Shown here: piece by piece, positions 37,346-48,613 of the stretch | Layout: every line of letters begins with the position of its first letter | How positions within the stretch are numbered: position 1 is the first letter of the stretch | Origin: an uncultured virus (IMG/VR IMGVR_UViG_3300046513_000217) | Lineage: Duplodnaviria > Heunggongvirae > Uroviricota > Caudoviricetes | Strand: one strand, 5' to 3' | Length of the DNA: 64,000 nucleotides | IMG/VR virus record: IMGVR_UViG_3300046513_000217 | Notes under the pieces: generated by a model | Seen by the model: only the letters and a program-made list of their open reading frames with translations | Told to the model about the DNA's origin: nothing | Databases searched by the model: none | Made by a program: the position numbers and the translations under genes

Positions 37346-37619
37346 CGCCCGCCTCGAAGAGCGGATCGCGGATCAGTTTGCAGTCGGCCCTGATCCGCTC
37401 GGCCTCCTCGTTCTCGCCATAGTCACAGTCACCGCAGCGGGTGCATTTGTGGACCGGTACCGAGCAGATGCAGGTGTCCTGCCTGTCGTCGCAGCTGGCA
37501 CAGCACCCGCCGAACGACTTCATGTCGCAGCCCAGCTCCCGGCATGTGGCCGTCGCTGCGATCCGTTCGAGCCGGGCTACCTCCGCCTTGGCTGCCTCGA
37601 TCTGCTCAGTCAGGCTCAC
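37338..37619 (-). CDS. Cys-rich hypothetical protein
   Basis: Cys-rich ORF coupled to neighbours. Confidence 0.55.
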   Translation of the reverse strand: MSLTEQIEAAKAEVARLERIAATATCRELGCDMKSFGGCCASCDDRQDTCICSVPVHKCTRCGDCDYGENEEAERIRADCKLIRDPLFEAGDA

Positions 37620-37794
37620 TGCGCCTCTCCGATCAGGATGCGTCCCTCGTCGCGGGTGTTACCCATCCAGCAGTTCGAGATGCCGACGAAACCGATGATG
37701 TCCTTATAGTGGATCCGGGCTTCGGCCTCGGACTGGTAGGGACCGGCCTGATAGTCCTTCCCGCTGACGGTGTAGTTGACGTAATGCTGATGGC

Positions 37795-38118
37795 TCATGG
37801 CTTTTTCCCAAATACGCTTTCGACGCTGGGGCCTCGCTCGGGCGGCGCCGACCAGCTCTTGATCCTGTTCTTCGGAACGAAGCGCTCGCCTCGGACCTGG
37901 AAGTCCTGCGTCTGGCGAGCGCGGTTGAGTTTGGCAACCAAGACCTTGAAGCCAGCGAGCACGGCTTCGTCCTGAGACCGGAAGTTCTTGGGCTTGCCGT
38001 CCGTATCGTTGACCCACATGGGCGGTTCGCCCGGAATGCCAAAGGTCGCCTGATACAGCCCGTCGATCTCCTTGTGGTTGACCGCTGACGAGTAAAAGGC
38101 GCTGGCAATCTTCGTCAT
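37795..38118 (-). CDS. Hypothetical protein
   Basis: ATGA-coupled to thyA. Confidence 0.55.
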   Translation of the reverse strand: MTKIASAFYSSAVNHKEIDGLYQATFGIPGEPPMWVNDTDGKPKNFRSQDEAVLAGFKVLVAKLNRARQTQDFQVRGERFVPKNRIKSWSAPPERGPSVESVFGKKP

Positions 38119-38954
38119 ACGGACACCTGAGCCTTTATGCTGGGATGGGGGTCGTAATCGACCAACTCGAAGTCCTCGTAGCGGAACGAGAAGATGTCCT
38201 TCACGTCGGCGTTGAGCTTCATGGTTGGCAAGGGGCGCGGATCTCGCGTCAGCTGAAGTCGAGCCTGGTCGAGATGGTTGAGGTAGAGGTGCGTGTCGCC
38301 GAACGAATGCACGAAGTCGCCGGGCTCGAGTCCGGTTACCTGGGCAATCATCATGGTGAGCAGCGCATAGGACGCGATGTTGAAGGGCACGCCGAGGAAC
38401 ACGTCGGCCGAGCGCTGATAGAGCTGGCACGACAGCTTGTCGTTGGCGACGTAGAACTGGAACAGGCAATGGCACGGCGGCAGCGCCATCTGATCGACCT
38501 CAGACGGATTCCATGCCGATACGATCAGGCGCCGAGAGTTCGGATTATTCTTGATCATGTCGACGACGTTGGCGATCTGGTCGATGCTGCGACCGACGTA
38601 GGCGACCTGGAGCGCATCCTGCATGTGATCAGGCGCTCGGTCATAAGCGGGCCAGGAGCGCCATTGTGCGCCATAGACGGGGCCGAGGTTGCCGAACTCG
38701 TCCGCCCACTCGTCCCAGATCGTGACGCCGTTGTCGCGCAGGTACCTGATGTTGGTGTCGCCCCGCAGGAACCACAGCAGCTCGTGGATGATGGCCTTCA
38801 GCGGCAGCTTCTTCGTCGTTAGGAGGGGGAATCCCTCGGACAGGTCGAAGCGCATCTGGTGGCCGAAGATCGACATCGTGCCGGTGCCGGTGCGGTCGCC
38901 TTTGAGGACGCCCTCGTTGAGGATTTTCGCGAGCAGTTGTTTGTATGCGAGCAT
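38115..38954 (-). CDS. thyA: Thymidylate synthase
   Basis: [36 protein letters not shown]. Confidence 0.97.
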   Translation of the reverse strand: MLAYKQLLAKILNEGVLKGDRTGTGTMSIFGHQMRFDLSEGFPLLTTKKLPLKAIIHELLWFLRGDTNIRYLRDNGVTIWDEWADEFGNLGPVYGAQWRSWPAYDRAPDHMQDALQVAYVGRSIDQIANVVDMIKNNPNSRRLIVSAWNPSEVDQMALPPCHCLFQFYVANDKLSCQLYQRSADVFLGVPFNIASYALLTMMIAQVTGLEPGDFVHSFGDTHLYLNHLDQARLQLTRDPRPLPTMKLNADVKDIFSFRYEDFELVDYDPHPSIKAQVSV

Positions 38955-39018
38955 GTTCAGATCCAAGAGCTAGTAGGTTGCATTCGCGTTCAAATTGCGC
39001 TTTGCTTCGGCCATGGTT

Positions 39019-39507
39019 TCAAACGGCCTCCGGGGGGATCGGGATCGACTTAAGGAGCAGATCAACCTGTGCCTTGAGCTGCCGGATCTCGTCGCGCTGA
39101 GCCCGGTTCTCAAAAAGCTTCTCGTTGTTGGACGTGATCAGCTCCTTGATGCGATCCTCCGCGACCGTGGCATCGACGAGCAGATCCTCCACCGCATCAA
39201 GCACGCGCGGTAGCGACCGCATCATGCCCGTCAGGAAGCGAGCGCGCTCGGCGGCGTCCGGCGTGTTGCCGGTCATCGCCAGTACCAAGCCGTTTCCAGC
39301 GATCCGGACCGAGTGCATCACGGTCTTCTCGGGCAACGAGGTGTTCTCGCGGGTCTTGGCGAGATGGGTCTTCATCTCATCGACATGACCTTCGTCCGTC
39401 AGCTCGGCTGAGCCAACCCATTCCGGGTCCGCTACAAACTTCAGGAACTTCCTCGCTTCGCGAACGAACGAGAGCATCTCTTGGTCGGTGTTCTGTTTGT
39501 CTGACAT
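39019..39507 (-). CDS. Hypothetical coiled-coil protein
   Basis: 162-aa ORF with typical codon use. Confidence 0.6.
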   Translation of the reverse strand: MSDKQNTDQEMLSFVREARKFLKFVADPEWVGSAELTDEGHVDEMKTHLAKTRENTSLPEKTVMHSVRIAGNGLVLAMTGNTPDAAERARFLTGMMRSLPRVLDAVEDLLVDATVAEDRIKELITSNNEKLFENRAQRDEIRQLKAQVDLLLKSIPIPPEAV

Positions 39508-39579
39508 TTTGATGCCTTATGCTGCTTCGCGTAGTTCGCGGGGTGAAGGAGTCGAAGTGATCTGGAAAATTGACAAATG

Positions 39580-39623
39580 AAAAAAGGTGACGCGCCCCAG
39601 GGACAGAAAACCTGGGGCGCGTC
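39580..39623 (-). terminator. Rho-independent terminator after TAXI gene
   Basis: gacgcgccccagg/cctggggcgcgtc stem with A-run on + strand. Confidence 0.7.
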
Positions 39624-39668
39624 GGGGACGGCAGAGTTAGCGCTCGCCGGCCCTCCCCGCGGGGGTCG

Positions 39669-40553
39669 TTACTTCGGCTGAACGAGCTTCGCGATGTCGG
39701 GCTTGGCGTTGGCGAAGCCGTCAACGATCTTCTCGAAGTCGTTGCTGTGAGCCGCGATCCAGTCGCGGTTGGCAACGAACACGGCGTCGACCTGGATGGT
39801 GTCGACCGACTTCGAACCACCGAACATGCCGGTCGGCTGGATACCCTTGTAGGTGTTGGCCGGGATCTCGCCGTAGGTGTAGACGGGCTGACCGCGGCTA
39901 TCCTTGGCGTTCTTCGTCATGTCGCGGTCGTCGGTGGCGACCAGGGCAACGCTGTCGGCGTACTTCGGCGCTTCGTTCTTGAGGAACGATGCATTCAAAG
40001 CCGTGACGATCAGGGCGCACTGCACTTCCGAACCGTCGTTGACGGCGCTCAGGGCGAGGGTGCCGGCCAGGTCGGACGTGCGAACCTTGCCGTAGCGCGC
40101 CTTGTCGGCTGCAACGAACGCGGCCCACGTCGTGTTGGCGCCCGAACCTTCGGGACCGATGGCGACCGTGAAGTTGGAGTTCAGGTCGACCATGCGGGCG
40201 GAGGTGTAGGCCTTGCGGTTGCAGATCAGGTTGGCCTGCTCCTGGTAGAGCACGCCGGCACGCTGGAGCGCCGAGATCGCCTTGGCGTTGCGGCTGGAGT
40301 AAACGAGCAGCGCGTCGGACTGGACGAACGCGCCGTCGCACTCGCCAGCCGTGACCTTGTCGAGGTTGTCCAGCGAACCCTTGGTCTCGACGACCTCGAC
40401 CGCCGGAGCGTGACGCTTCAGGTGCTGACCAGCAGCGTAGTAGTTGAGCTTCTGATTACCGGTGCAGAGACGGAACTTGTCCGCAGCCTGCGCCGAGGTG
40501 GCCGCCGAGAGGCCGATGGTTGCTGCGGCGATCAACAGAAAGAGCTTCTTCAT
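39669..40553 (-). CDS. TAXI-family periplasmic solute-binding protein
   Basis: Signal peptide; TG....NYY..G, ETKGSLDNL, AFVQSD, LY.E, AIGPEGSG. Confidence 0.8.
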   Translation of the reverse strand: MKKLFLLIAAATIGLSAATSAQAADKFRLCTGNQKLNYYAAGQHLKRHAPAVEVVETKGSLDNLDKVTAGECDGAFVQSDALLVYSSRNAKAISALQRAGVLYQEQANLICNRKAYTSARMVDLNSNFTVAIGPEGSGANTTWAAFVAADKARYGKVRTSDLAGTLALSAVNDGSEVQCALIVTALNASFLKNEAPKYADSVALVATDDRDMTKNAKDSRGQPVYTYGEIPANTYKGIQPTGMFGGSKSVDTIQVDAVFVANRDWIAAHSNDFEKIVDGFANAKPDIAKLVQPK

Positions 40554-40723
40554 GTAGTTCTCCTTGCCTGCATTTGCAGGCGTTGCATTCAAACAAACGC
40601 GAGGGGACTAAAAAAACCAGCGGGAGATGGGCTTCCGCATGGTGATCTTGATGGCGGCGGTGACGATCAGATAGAGACCGCACGCATCGAGAAGGTGGTT
40701 GGCGAGAAAGACACCGTACATGG

Positions 40724-41113
40724 CTAAGCCTCGATGGCGTTGGGCAGGCCCGTTGCCGCGTTGTAGGTCTGGTCTGCGGTGCGGGCGAGCCGGGTCGGGT
40801 CTTCGCCGTTCATCAGCAGACGCTTGATCTCCTGGACCAGGAACGCCACGCCGACGACGATGTTCGGGATGTCGCCGCCGTAGCTGCGGAAGCCGCTCCA
40901 GTCCTTCGGATAGCAGTCCGGGATTTCCTTGAAGGCCCACTCCATATCGAAGCGGTGATCAAAGGTCGCTTCCAGCTGGGCGAAACCGGCTGCGAAGAGC
41001 TGGCCCCTGGTTACGTCGGCTCTCTCGTTCTGCTGGCCCCACATCTTGTTCTGAAGGCCGATCTCGCCAAGTACCAGTTCGAGGGCCTTCGTCTCTGCTT
41101 CAGTTGCGTTCAA
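40724..41113 (-). CDS. Conserved phage hypothetical protein
   Basis: ...A.LVQEI.RL C-terminal pattern; AGGAG RBS with TTG start. Confidence 0.55.
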   Translation of the reverse strand: MNATEAETKALELVLGEIGLQNKMWGQQNERADVTRGQLFAAGFAQLEATFDHRFDMEWAFKEIPDCYPKDWSGFRSYGGDIPNIVVGVAFLVQEIKRLLMNGEDPTRLARTADQTYNAATGLPNAIEA

Positions 41114-41183
41114 GGTCAGTCTCCTTTTGCAGTGGTGTATTTGCATTCAAGCGCACGAGAAAGCAAGCGAAAAGTTCGCTCGC

Positions 41184-41597
41184 TCAGTACTTCTTTCCAC
41201 CCGCCTTTGCGCGGTTCTCCAGCTTGTGGTCCGGCCGGGTCGCGTTGACCAAAGCCTTCGCCACGGCCGGCGCGCCCAGGTCGTAGCCCATGGCACCTGC
41301 CAAGTCGCCGACGCGGAACAGAACGTCGACCAGCTCAACGGCAATGCCGGGAAACTGGGGCAGCTTGTCGTCCATGGCGTCCGTGCGATGCGCTTCGAGT
41401 GCCTCGGAAGCTTCGCGCATGACGAGGGCCAACTTGACCGGAACCATCAGAGGGTTCTTGCGCAGATCTTCTCCGGTCACTGGGTCGATCCACCAATGGG
41501 CGGCCATCTTGTGGGTGATGCGGACGAGGGAGTTGATGGATCTCTGCAGCTCCTCGACGTCCGCTTGGTTGAAGTTGTCGTTCGCTACTACGGTCAT
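41184..41597 (-). CDS. MazG-like NTP pyrophosphohydrolase
   Basis: KLALV..EASEALEA.R...VELVD...R..D. Confidence 0.75.
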   Translation of the reverse strand: MTVVANDNFNQADVEELQRSINSLVRITHKMAAHWWIDPVTGEDLRKNPLMVPVKLALVMREASEALEAHRTDAMDDKLPQFPGIAVELVDVLFRVGDLAGAMGYDLGAPAVAKALVNATRPDHKLENRAKAGGKKY

Positions 41598-41923
41598 GAT
41601 GCCTCCTTAAATCGGAACTCGTCAGCCAGGTCCTGGAACATCCGGACCACCTCTTGCTGATTACGTCCAGTCTGGTCGTTCCAATCGAATGGATGCTTGC
41701 CCAGCTGGGTCTTTATCAATGGGACGAAGCGCGCATACGCGCCTCGGTCGTCTTCGCCAGCTGCTCGGCGGATCGCGCCCTCAATGTCGAAGGTGCGAGC
41801 CTCACGGCTGAATACGGGGACCGGCTTACCAAGCCCATCCCGTGCGCAGGTCTTCTGCGTCCACCGTCCGCGCTTTGAAAACAGCAACAGGCACCGTTCC
41901 ACAATTTCGAGTTCGGAGAACAT
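41594..41923 (-). CDS. Hypothetical protein (DUF6197-like)
   Basis: WTQ...ARD, ..EGAI, WND..GR...EV. Confidence 0.55.
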   Translation of the reverse strand: MFSELEIVERCLLLFSKRGRWTQKTCARDGLGKPVPVFSREARTFDIEGAIRRAAGEDDRGAYARFVPLIKTQLGKHPFDWNDQTGRNQQEVVRMFQDLADEFRFKEAS

Positions 41924-42206
41924 TGCGCTTGCTGAACTCCCATTCGAATGATGCGATACGGCTGATGTCGCGGCGGCCGAGCCTCATGAGGTCGAACGCC
42001 AGGGTGTGGAGGGGGACTCTCGACGGGAGGGAGACGAAATCAGGCGGGGTGTAGACCGCCTGATCCGTTTCCTTGTCGATGATCCAGAAGCGCTTGTGCC
42101 TCTTGGCTACGAAGAGGTGCATCAGTGACCTGCAATGCAGCGGGCGACCCCGTAGGCGCAGATGCACCAAACGAACAGGATCGCCAACCACCTCAGCTGG
42201 TCTGCA

Positions 42207-42878
42207 TCAGGCAGCCTCAGCAACGACCTCTTCCTTCTTGAAGAAGCGGACGCCGAAGCCGATGAGCAGGACCAGAGCCGTTCCCGAAGCGGCGGCCAGG
42301 TAGTGGCTCGCGTAGGGCGCTGCCCACGGGTCAGCAGCGATGATGCCGCCAGCAACCCAGCCCAGCAGAGCCGCGCCGGCCCAGGTCAAGATCGGGAATC
42401 GGCCGATGACCGCTGAGATGATGGCGCTGCCGGCGATCACGAGCGGGATCGACAGGAGCACGCCGAGTGCCATCAACAGGGTTGACCCATTCGACAGGGC
42501 GGCGATGGCCATGACGTTGTCGAGGCTCATGCTGGCGTCCGCGACCGCGATGGTCCAGATCGCTGCGCCCAGACTGATCACCTTCTTGGCGGGACCGGCT
42601 TCGTCGTCGCCACCCATGACCAGCTTGGCCGCGACCCAGAGCAGGAAGAGTCCGCCGATGATGCTCAGGGCAGGCACGCCCAGAAGGAAGGAGGCGAAGA
42701 ACGACATGATGACGCGCAGGCCGATGGCCGCCGCGGTGCCGCCGACGATGCCCCACTTCTGTTGGTTCTCCGGGAGCTGCCGGCTGACGAGGGCGATGAC
42801 GACCGCATTGTCGCCGGAGAGCAGAAGGTCGATCCACACGATGCCAAGCAGCGCGACCCAGAAGATATGGTCAAACAT
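42207..42878 (-). CDS. TerC/YjbE family membrane protein
   Basis: DLLLSGDNAVVIAL, AVADASMSLDNVMAIA. Confidence 0.9.
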   Translation of the reverse strand: MFDHIFWVALLGIVWIDLLLSGDNAVVIALVSRQLPENQQKWGIVGGTAAAIGLRVIMSFFASFLLGVPALSIIGGLFLLWVAAKLVMGGDDEAGPAKKVISLGAAIWTIAVADASMSLDNVMAIAALSNGSTLLMALGVLLSIPLVIAGSAIISAVIGRFPILTWAGAALLGWVAGGIIAADPWAAPYASHYLAAASGTALVLLIGFGVRFFKKEEVVAEAA

Positions 42879-42941
42879 TGTAGACTCCAAAAAATGAAAG
42901 AGGGTCGGGCGGCCCGAAGACCGCCCGTGGTTCTCGTTCGC

Positions 42942-43379
42942 TTAGGCGGCGAGCAGCTTGTCGGCGTCGACGTTGATCAGCTTGCCGATCTCGACGAGCA
43001 CAACCTTCTCCTCGGGTCCGATGCCGCCCTGGTCGGCGGTGTCAGCCGCGATCAGGAACACGTCCTGGCGCACGCCGATGTCGCGGGTCTGGAGCGCCTC
43101 GATTGCACGCTTGTTCTCCATGCGGCCGGCACGGGACTTGGCGCGGGTGAGGGCGGCGTTCAGAGCCTCCTCGATCTGCGAGCCGCTGTAGGAGGCGGAC
43201 ACGATCGGGTTGGCCTGCATGCCGGAGATGGCAGCATCGACCTCGGAGTCGTCGATCGAACCGTCAGCCGCGGTCACGTTGGCAGCCGCCGCAGCAACAC
43301 CAGCGAGGAACACCTTGTCGCCCGTGTAGCTGACGAGGGACTTGTTGGCCTGGTCGAGGAATTTCTTGAAGAAGCTCAT
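42942..43379 (-). CDS. TerB family protein
   Basis: AADGSIDDSE...AD.GGI.PEE..VL..I. Confidence 0.8.
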   Translation of the reverse strand: MSFFKKFLDQANKSLVSYTGDKVFLAGVAAAAANVTAADGSIDDSEVDAAISGMQANPIVSASYSGSQIEEALNAALTRAKSRAGRMENKRAIEALQTRDIGVRQDVFLIAADTADQGGIGPEEKVVLVEIGKLINVDADKLLAA

Positions 43380-43500
43380 GTTGGTTTCCTTTCGATTTGC
43401 AGGCTTCCGGCCTGCACGGTTTGCATTCACGCACGTCGTGGTGCATGGGTCGTCGACCGGACCCGTAGATCCGGCTATTCGTGTGGGAAGCGGGTTGCCG

Positions 43501-44229
43501 TTACCCGGCGCGCTGCTTGTTCAGCTCAATCGCTTCCTTCTCGATCACGCTGTGGAGGGAGGCCGGGAACTCGTCCCTGGTCCGATATGCCTCAGCCATC
43601 ACGTTGACCGCTTTGTTGAAGACGCTCATGAAGCCATTTGCCTCCACGGTCCGGCGAACCGGACTCGGAGCGACCGGAGCAACCGTCTTTCGAACTTCGG
43701 GTTGCTTCACCACCGGCTCGAGAGTCATCTGCTCCTGTACGGGCGCCTGCTCCCCCTTCATTCGCTTGCGACGTGGCACTGCAGCCTCGGAGAGTGCGAG
43801 GTCGTGCTGGAGCTTCAGCTGGCCGATTTTCCTCCAATAGTCCCACCAAACGTTGGTGTCGTAATCCATCTCCGTCGCGGAGCACAATTTTTCAACGAGC
43901 AGATCGGCATCTGCTTTGATTGCCGGGTACAGGTCTTCCTGCATCTCCATGAAGTGCTTCGGTCGCAGATCGGAGAGCAGATCAAATTCCACGAAGACGC
44001 CGCGATTGCCGCGGAGGTGGAGAGAATGCGGAACTTCGCCGTGGAGCGTTACGGCGATGTCACTGTTGAGTTTGCCCAGCGCCTGAAAACGCACGATATG
44101 TGCGCTCATCATCCGCTCCAGGTCGCGGGCCATGTAGAACAGGCGACTCGGCTTCCCTGCTTCTGCCGCTTGGCTGAAGCCTCTGACGAGATGGTTGTCC
44201 GGGAGCTTAAAAAGTTTTGCTTGTCGCAT
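43501..44229 (-). CDS. Hypothetical protein
   Basis: 242-aa ORF downstream of nrdJ. Confidence 0.55.
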   Translation of the reverse strand: MRQAKLFKLPDNHLVRGFSQAAEAGKPSRLFYMARDLERMMSAHIVRFQALGKLNSDIAVTLHGEVPHSLHLRGNRGVFVEFDLLSDLRPKHFMEMQEDLYPAIKADADLLVEKLCSATEMDYDTNVWWDYWRKIGQLKLQHDLALSEAAVPRRKRMKGEQAPVQEQMTLEPVVKQPEVRKTVAPVAPSPVRRTVEANGFMSVFNKAVNVMAEAYRTRDEFPASLHSVIEKEAIELNKQRAG

Positions 44230-44296
44230 AGGTCTTTCCCATGAGGTTCAATGGAGTGGTGGCTCCCGGATCGCTCCGGGAACCGTTATTGTCGTG

Positions 44297-47200
44297 TTAG
44301 GAGCAGCCCGTCGTCTCGCCGCACGACTCGCACTTCAGGCAGGTGCCGTTCCGCACCATCTGGAAGCTTGAGCAGTTGCCGCAGCTGTCGCCCGTGTAAC
44401 CGGACATCTTCGCGACCGCGCGCTTATCAGGCAACACCGTCGTTTTGACCTGCGAGACGATCTTCTCCAGGACAGCGTCCGACGCATCAGCCACGTTGAC
44501 CGTGATCTGATTGCTGACGTTGACCACCGGCATGGCCATCCCGACCGAGGTATTCTCGCTCTCGTCGGGGGTGACGTGAGCCAGATCATCGCGGCCGGCG
44601 TAGTTGATGCCGAGGTCTCGCCAGACGAAGTCGATGATCGACGACGCGCTCTTGACCCGCTCGTGCGACTGGACAAAGCCAGCCGGCTCGAACTTGAAGA
44701 ACGTGAAGGCGTCCACATACTCCTCGACCGGAACTCCGTACTGGAGGCCGATGCTGATGGCGATCGCGTAGGCGTTCATCATGGATCGGAAGGCGGCGCC
44801 CTCCTTATGCATGTCGATGAAGATCTCACCGAGCCGACCATCCGGGTACTGCCCGGTGCGGAGGTAGACCTTGTGACCTGCCACGATGGACTTCTGCGTG
44901 TAGCCAACGCGCTTGTCCGGCATCCGCTCGCGCTTCCGCACGATCTTCTCGACCACCTTGATGACGTCCTGCTTGACCTCAACGATCGAGGGCTCGTCAA
45001 CTTCGTCCTGATCATCGACCAGAGCAGAGCTGAGCGGCTGGGACAGCTTCGAACCATCGCGATAGATCGCGTTGGCCTTCAGTCCCAGCTTCCACGACAT
45101 CATGTAGGCCTTGCTGATGTCCTCCACCGTAGCATCGTTCGGCATGTTGATCGTCTTGGAGATTGCACCCGAGATGAACGGCTGAACCGCAGCCATCATC
45201 TTGATGTGACCCTTCCAGTGGATCGATCGCGTGCCGCTCTTGCCGCACGGGGTCGCGCAGTCGAAGACCGAATAGTCGGCGACGTCCAGACCCGGAGCGC
45301 CCTCCAACGTCATCGTTCCGCAGGCGTAGATGTTGGCCTGTTCGATCTCCGGCTCGGAGAAGCCCAACTTGTCCCATTCCGCGAGGAAGCGGATGTCGAA
45401 GGTGGACCGAACATCCTGCTCGGTGATCGTCAGGCCAGCAGCTTTCGCAGCCAGCTCGAACTTCGCCGGCAAGCTGCCGTGCCCCGTGGCGTACGTCGTG
45501 ATAGCGTCGATGTCCGCCGCGGTGTAGCCAAGCACATTCAGGGCCGCCGTGACCGACTGGTTGATGATCTTGAAGTAGCCACCGCCGGCCAGCTTCTTGA
45601 ACTTCACCAGTGCATAGTCCGGCTCGATGCCCGTCGTGTCGCAGTCCATCACCAGGCCGATCGTCCCGGTCGGGGCGATCACCGTCGTCTGGGCGTTGCG
45701 GAAACCGCTGTAGGCACCCATACGCAGGACCTCGTCCCAGATGTCGCTGGCCGTCTGCGCCAGGCCGTCCTGATACTCGTGCTCCCAATCGAGACCTTCC
45801 GGCCGGATGGAGAGACCAGCATAGGGGACCGAGCCGCTCTTTTCGGCAGCCGCATGATGGTTGTGCATCACCCGCATCATGGATGCGGCGTTCTCCTCGT
45901 ATTTGGGGAACGCACCCAGAGCTTCAGCCATCTCAGCCGACGTGCGATAGGCCACGCCGGTCATGATCGCAGAGATTGCCCCGGCGAGAGCACGAGCCTC
46001 GTCGGAGTCGTACGCGATGCCAGCCTGCATCAGCATGCCGCCCAGGTTGGCAAAGCCGAGACCCGTGGTGCGGTACTGATAGGAGAGCAGCGCGATCTCC
46101 TTCGACGGGAACTGAGCCATGGTGATCGAGATGTCGAGCACGATTTCGATCAGACGGCAGGCATGGATGAAGCTGCTGTCGTCGAACACGAGCGGACCGT
46201 TGCCGTGCCGCGTCGTGAACTTCATCAGGTTGGCCGAGGCCAGGTTGCACGCCGTGTCGTCCAGGAACATGTACTCCGAGCACGGGTTGGACGCGCGGAT
46301 GCGACCGCCGGCCGGGCAGGTGTGCCAGTCGTTCATGGTCGTGTTGAAGTGCAGACCCGGGTCAGCAGACTCCCAGGCAGCACGACAGATCTGGTCCCAG
46401 AGGGCTCGGGCCTTGACGGTCTTCATGACCTTGCCGTCTTTGCGAGACTTCAACTCCCAATCCATGCCGAGCTGAACGGCCTGCAGGAAGTCGTCCGTCA
46501 CCGACACCGTGTTGTTCGAGTTCTGACCCGACACGGTCTCGTAGGCTGCCGACTGCCAATCGACATCGAACTCGGGGAAGTCGAACCCTTCGCCTTCTTC
46601 AGCGAGCTGCAAGACACGCTTGATGTACGTGTCCGGCAGGAAGGCAGCGCGAGCCTGACGGATCGCTTCCTTCGTCTTGGGGTCCTTATCGCCGCGGGCG
46701 ACGCACTGGTTGTATACCTCCTTCAGATACTTCTTGGCAGCCTTCGAACCGGCCACCAGAGCCGCAACCTTCTTCTCCTCCTCGACCTTCCAGCCGATGA
46801 ACTCCGGGACGTCCGGATGATCGACATCGACCACGACCATCTTGGCCGCGCGCCGCGTCGTCCCGCCCGACTTGATCGCGCCGGCTGCCCGGTCACCGAT
46901 CTTGAGGAACGACATCATTCCCGACGACGTGCCGCCGCCCGACAGCTTCTCACCCTTGCCACGCAGGCTCGAGAAATTGGTGCCGGTGCCGGAGCCGTAC
47001 TTGAACAGTCGAGCCTCTCGGACCCACAGGTCCATGATGCCGCCTTCCTTGATCAGGTTGTCGCCGATCGACTGGATGAAGCAGGCGTGAGGCTGCGGGC
47101 GCTCATAAGCGGAGGTCGAAGCCAGAACCTGCGGCATCATGGTGATGTCGCGGTCGTCAACGTAGAAGTGACCCTGGGCCGGTCCGTCGATGCCGTACGC

Positions 47201-47731
47201 CCAATGCAGACCGGTGTTGAACCACTGCGGAGAGTTGGGAGCGAACATCTGGGTGGCGAGCATGAAGCGCAGCTCGTCGAAGAAGGCGAGAGCGTTCGAC
47301 TCCCCATCCTCATTGAGGTCGGCGATGGTGACGTACTGGCTCATGGAGCCGGGCTTGAAGTAGCCGTGCTTCCAGCCCCAATAGGTCCAGCAGCCCGCGA
47401 GACGGTCGAACACCTGCTTGGCCGAGGTCTCGGAGGTCAGATAGTCCTTGGCGTATTCGGTCGGGTAGGGCATTGCGACGCTGCGCTGAAGCCACTCCGG
47501 AACGCCGTCCTCGGCGACCTTCGTCAGCTCACGCGGCACGCCGGCTTTGCGGAAATACTTCTGCGCCAGGACGTCGACCGCAACCTGCGACCATCCTTCG
47601 GGCACCTCGATGCCCTCCAGACGGAAGACGACAGAGCCATCCGTGTTCTTGATCTCGCTGACAGCATTGCGCCAGCCGATCATGGCGTAGGGTGAGACGC
47701 CGGCCTTCGTGTATCGTCGCTCAATTCTCAT
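44297..47731 (-). CDS. nrdJ: Class II (B12-dependent) ribonucleotide reductase
   Basis: [32 protein letters not shown]-terminal TSCPD-like domain and Zn ribbon. Confidence 0.95.
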   Translation of the reverse strand: MRIERRYTKAGVSPYAMIGWRNAVSEIKNTDGSVVFRLEGIEVPEGWSQVAVDVLAQKYFRKAGVPRELTKVAEDGVPEWLQRSVAMPYPTEYAKDYLTSETSAKQVFDRLAGCWTYWGWKHGYFKPGSMSQYVTIADLNEDGESNALAFFDELRFMLATQMFAPNSPQWFNTGLHWAYGIDGPAQGHFYVDDRDITMMPQVLASTSAYERPQPHACFIQSIGDNLIKEGGIMDLWVREARLFKYGSGTGTNFSSLRGKGEKLSGGGTSSGMMSFLKIGDRAAGAIKSGGTTRRAAKMVVVDVDHPDVPEFIGWKVEEEKKVAALVAGSKAAKKYLKEVYNQCVARGDKDPKTKEAIRQARAAFLPDTYIKRVLQLAEEGEGFDFPEFDVDWQSAAYETVSGQNSNNTVSVTDDFLQAVQLGMDWELKSRKDGKVMKTVKARALWDQICRAAWESADPGLHFNTTMNDWHTCPAGGRIRASNPCSEYMFLDDTACNLASANLMKFTTRHGNGPLVFDDSSFIHACRLIEIVLDISITMAQFPSKEIALLSYQYRTTGLGFANLGGMLMQAGIAYDSDEARALAGAISAIMTGVAYRTSAEMAEALGAFPKYEENAASMMRVMHNHHAAAEKSGSVPYAGLSIRPEGLDWEHEYQDGLAQTASDIWDEVLRMGAYSGFRNAQTTVIAPTGTIGLVMDCDTTGIEPDYALVKFKKLAGGGYFKIINQSVTAALNVLGYTAADIDAITTYATGHGSLPAKFELAAKAAGLTITEQDVRSTFDIRFLAEWDKLGFSEPEIEQANIYACGTMTLEGAPGLDVADYSVFDCATPCGKSGTRSIHWKGHIKMMAAVQPFISGAISKTINMPNDATVEDISKAYMMSWKLGLKANAIYRDGSKLSQPLSSALVDDQDEVDEPSIVEVKQDVIKVVEKIVRKRERMPDKRVGYTQKSIVAGHKVYLRTGQYPDGRLGEIFIDMHKEGAAFRSMMNAYAIAISIGLQYGVPVEEYVDAFTFFKFEPAGFVQSHERVKSASSIIDFVWRDLGINYAGRDDLAHVTPDESENTSVGMAMPVVNVSNQITVNVADASDAVLEKIVSQVKTTVLPDKRAVAKMSGYTGDSCGNCSSFQMVRNGTCLKCESCGETTGCS

Positions 47732-47734
47732 TCG

Positions 47735-48019
47735 TCACTCGTCTTTCGGGAGGAAAACGCAATACGGCCAGTCGGCCGGGATCGGGTCGTAGTCGGACGT
47801 GGCCTTTGACGGCGGCGCCCAATCATTGATGCGGTAGATGTTGCCGGTCGCGGTCCGGAAGACGTTCGGCTCGATCTCTTCGACCACCTTGGCGGTGTAG
47901 ATGAACCAGCCGTCGCTATACTGGCTCTTGATGTCGCTCCAGATCGTGCCTCGCAGCGAGAAGCCGCCGCCCGGAATGGAGACTCGTTGGGCCTTCTTCA
48001 GCGTGCCGCGGACCTGCAT
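47735..48019 (-). CDS. Hypothetical protein
   Basis: G.IW.D....Y.DG..I.T...T.TG..Y pattern. Confidence 0.55.
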   Translation of the reverse strand: MQVRGTLKKAQRVSIPGGGFSLRGTIWSDIKSQYSDGWFIYTAKVVEEIEPNVFRTATGNIYRINDWAPPSKATSDYDPIPADWPYCVFLPKDE

Positions 48020-48020
48020 C

Positions 48021-48359
48021 TCAGTAGCCCTGGCGCTTGGAGGCGTAGGGATAGGTCTTCGAGCTGTCGATGCGCTGCTCGTGCTTCACGGGCACGAACT
48101 TCACAGGCAGCACGCTCAGCAGCTTCAGGATCGCCTGGGCTTGATCCTTGCTGGCCTCGTCACGCGGATTGAGAGCCTTCAGCTTGTCGAGGAGATCCTT
48201 GACCTGCTTCGACTCCAGCTTGGAGAGCGGGCGCGTGGCGTGAACATTGTTGCCCATCTCGCGGTAGAAGCGCTTCTGCTTCACCTGCCGCGACGACTGC
48301 TGGTTCACCAGCATTCCGAACGCCCGTAGGAGGCCGTCCTCTGTGGTTCTGACTTCCAT
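48021..48359 (-). CDS. Hypothetical protein
   Basis: AGGAG RBS directly after a motif copy. Confidence 0.55.
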   Translation of the reverse strand: MEVRTTEDGLLRAFGMLVNQQSSRQVKQKRFYREMGNNVHATRPLSKLESKQVKDLLDKLKALNPRDEASKDQAQAILKLLSVLPVKFVPVKHEQRIDSSKTYPYASKRQGY

Positions 48360-48391
48360 ATTGTCTTCTCCTTTTTGCATTCAAACAAACG

Positions 48392-48613
48392 TCACGGCAT
48401 GGCTCGGATGCGACGTCTGATCTGTTGTCGGGCGTAGTTGCTCGAATATGGAGTCCGAGGGGATTGGGCGACTGGCACCGACATCCACTTGCCTCGGACA
48501 CGAAACTCAATGAGGTGGTGCTTCCGGTCGTGGCCGAATGTGAAGGCCTCGATTTCTCCGCTCGCCTTCAGCTCCTCAGCTACCTTTTTGACCTCGCGAA
48601 CGTGCCTTTCCAT
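48392..48613 (-). CDS. Small basic protein, possibly HicA-like fold
   Basis: KHH..F......V...SP.....N...Q.RR pattern. Confidence 0.4.
   Translation of the reverse strand: MERHVREVKKVAEELKASGEIEAFTFGHDRKHHLIEFRVRGKWMSVPVAQSPRTPYSSNYARQQIRRRIRAMP

Noticed and set aside
43380..43500. yybP-ykoY (Mn) riboswitch upstream of terB/terC
   Set aside because: Small hairpins are present but I could not find the conserved riboswitch core; an Infernal/Rfam scan would settle it.
44297..47731. Intein or intron in nrdJ (also checked thyA and the helicase)
   Set aside because: Lengths and motif spacing look continuous; no splice-junction or homing-endonuclease motifs were noticed.
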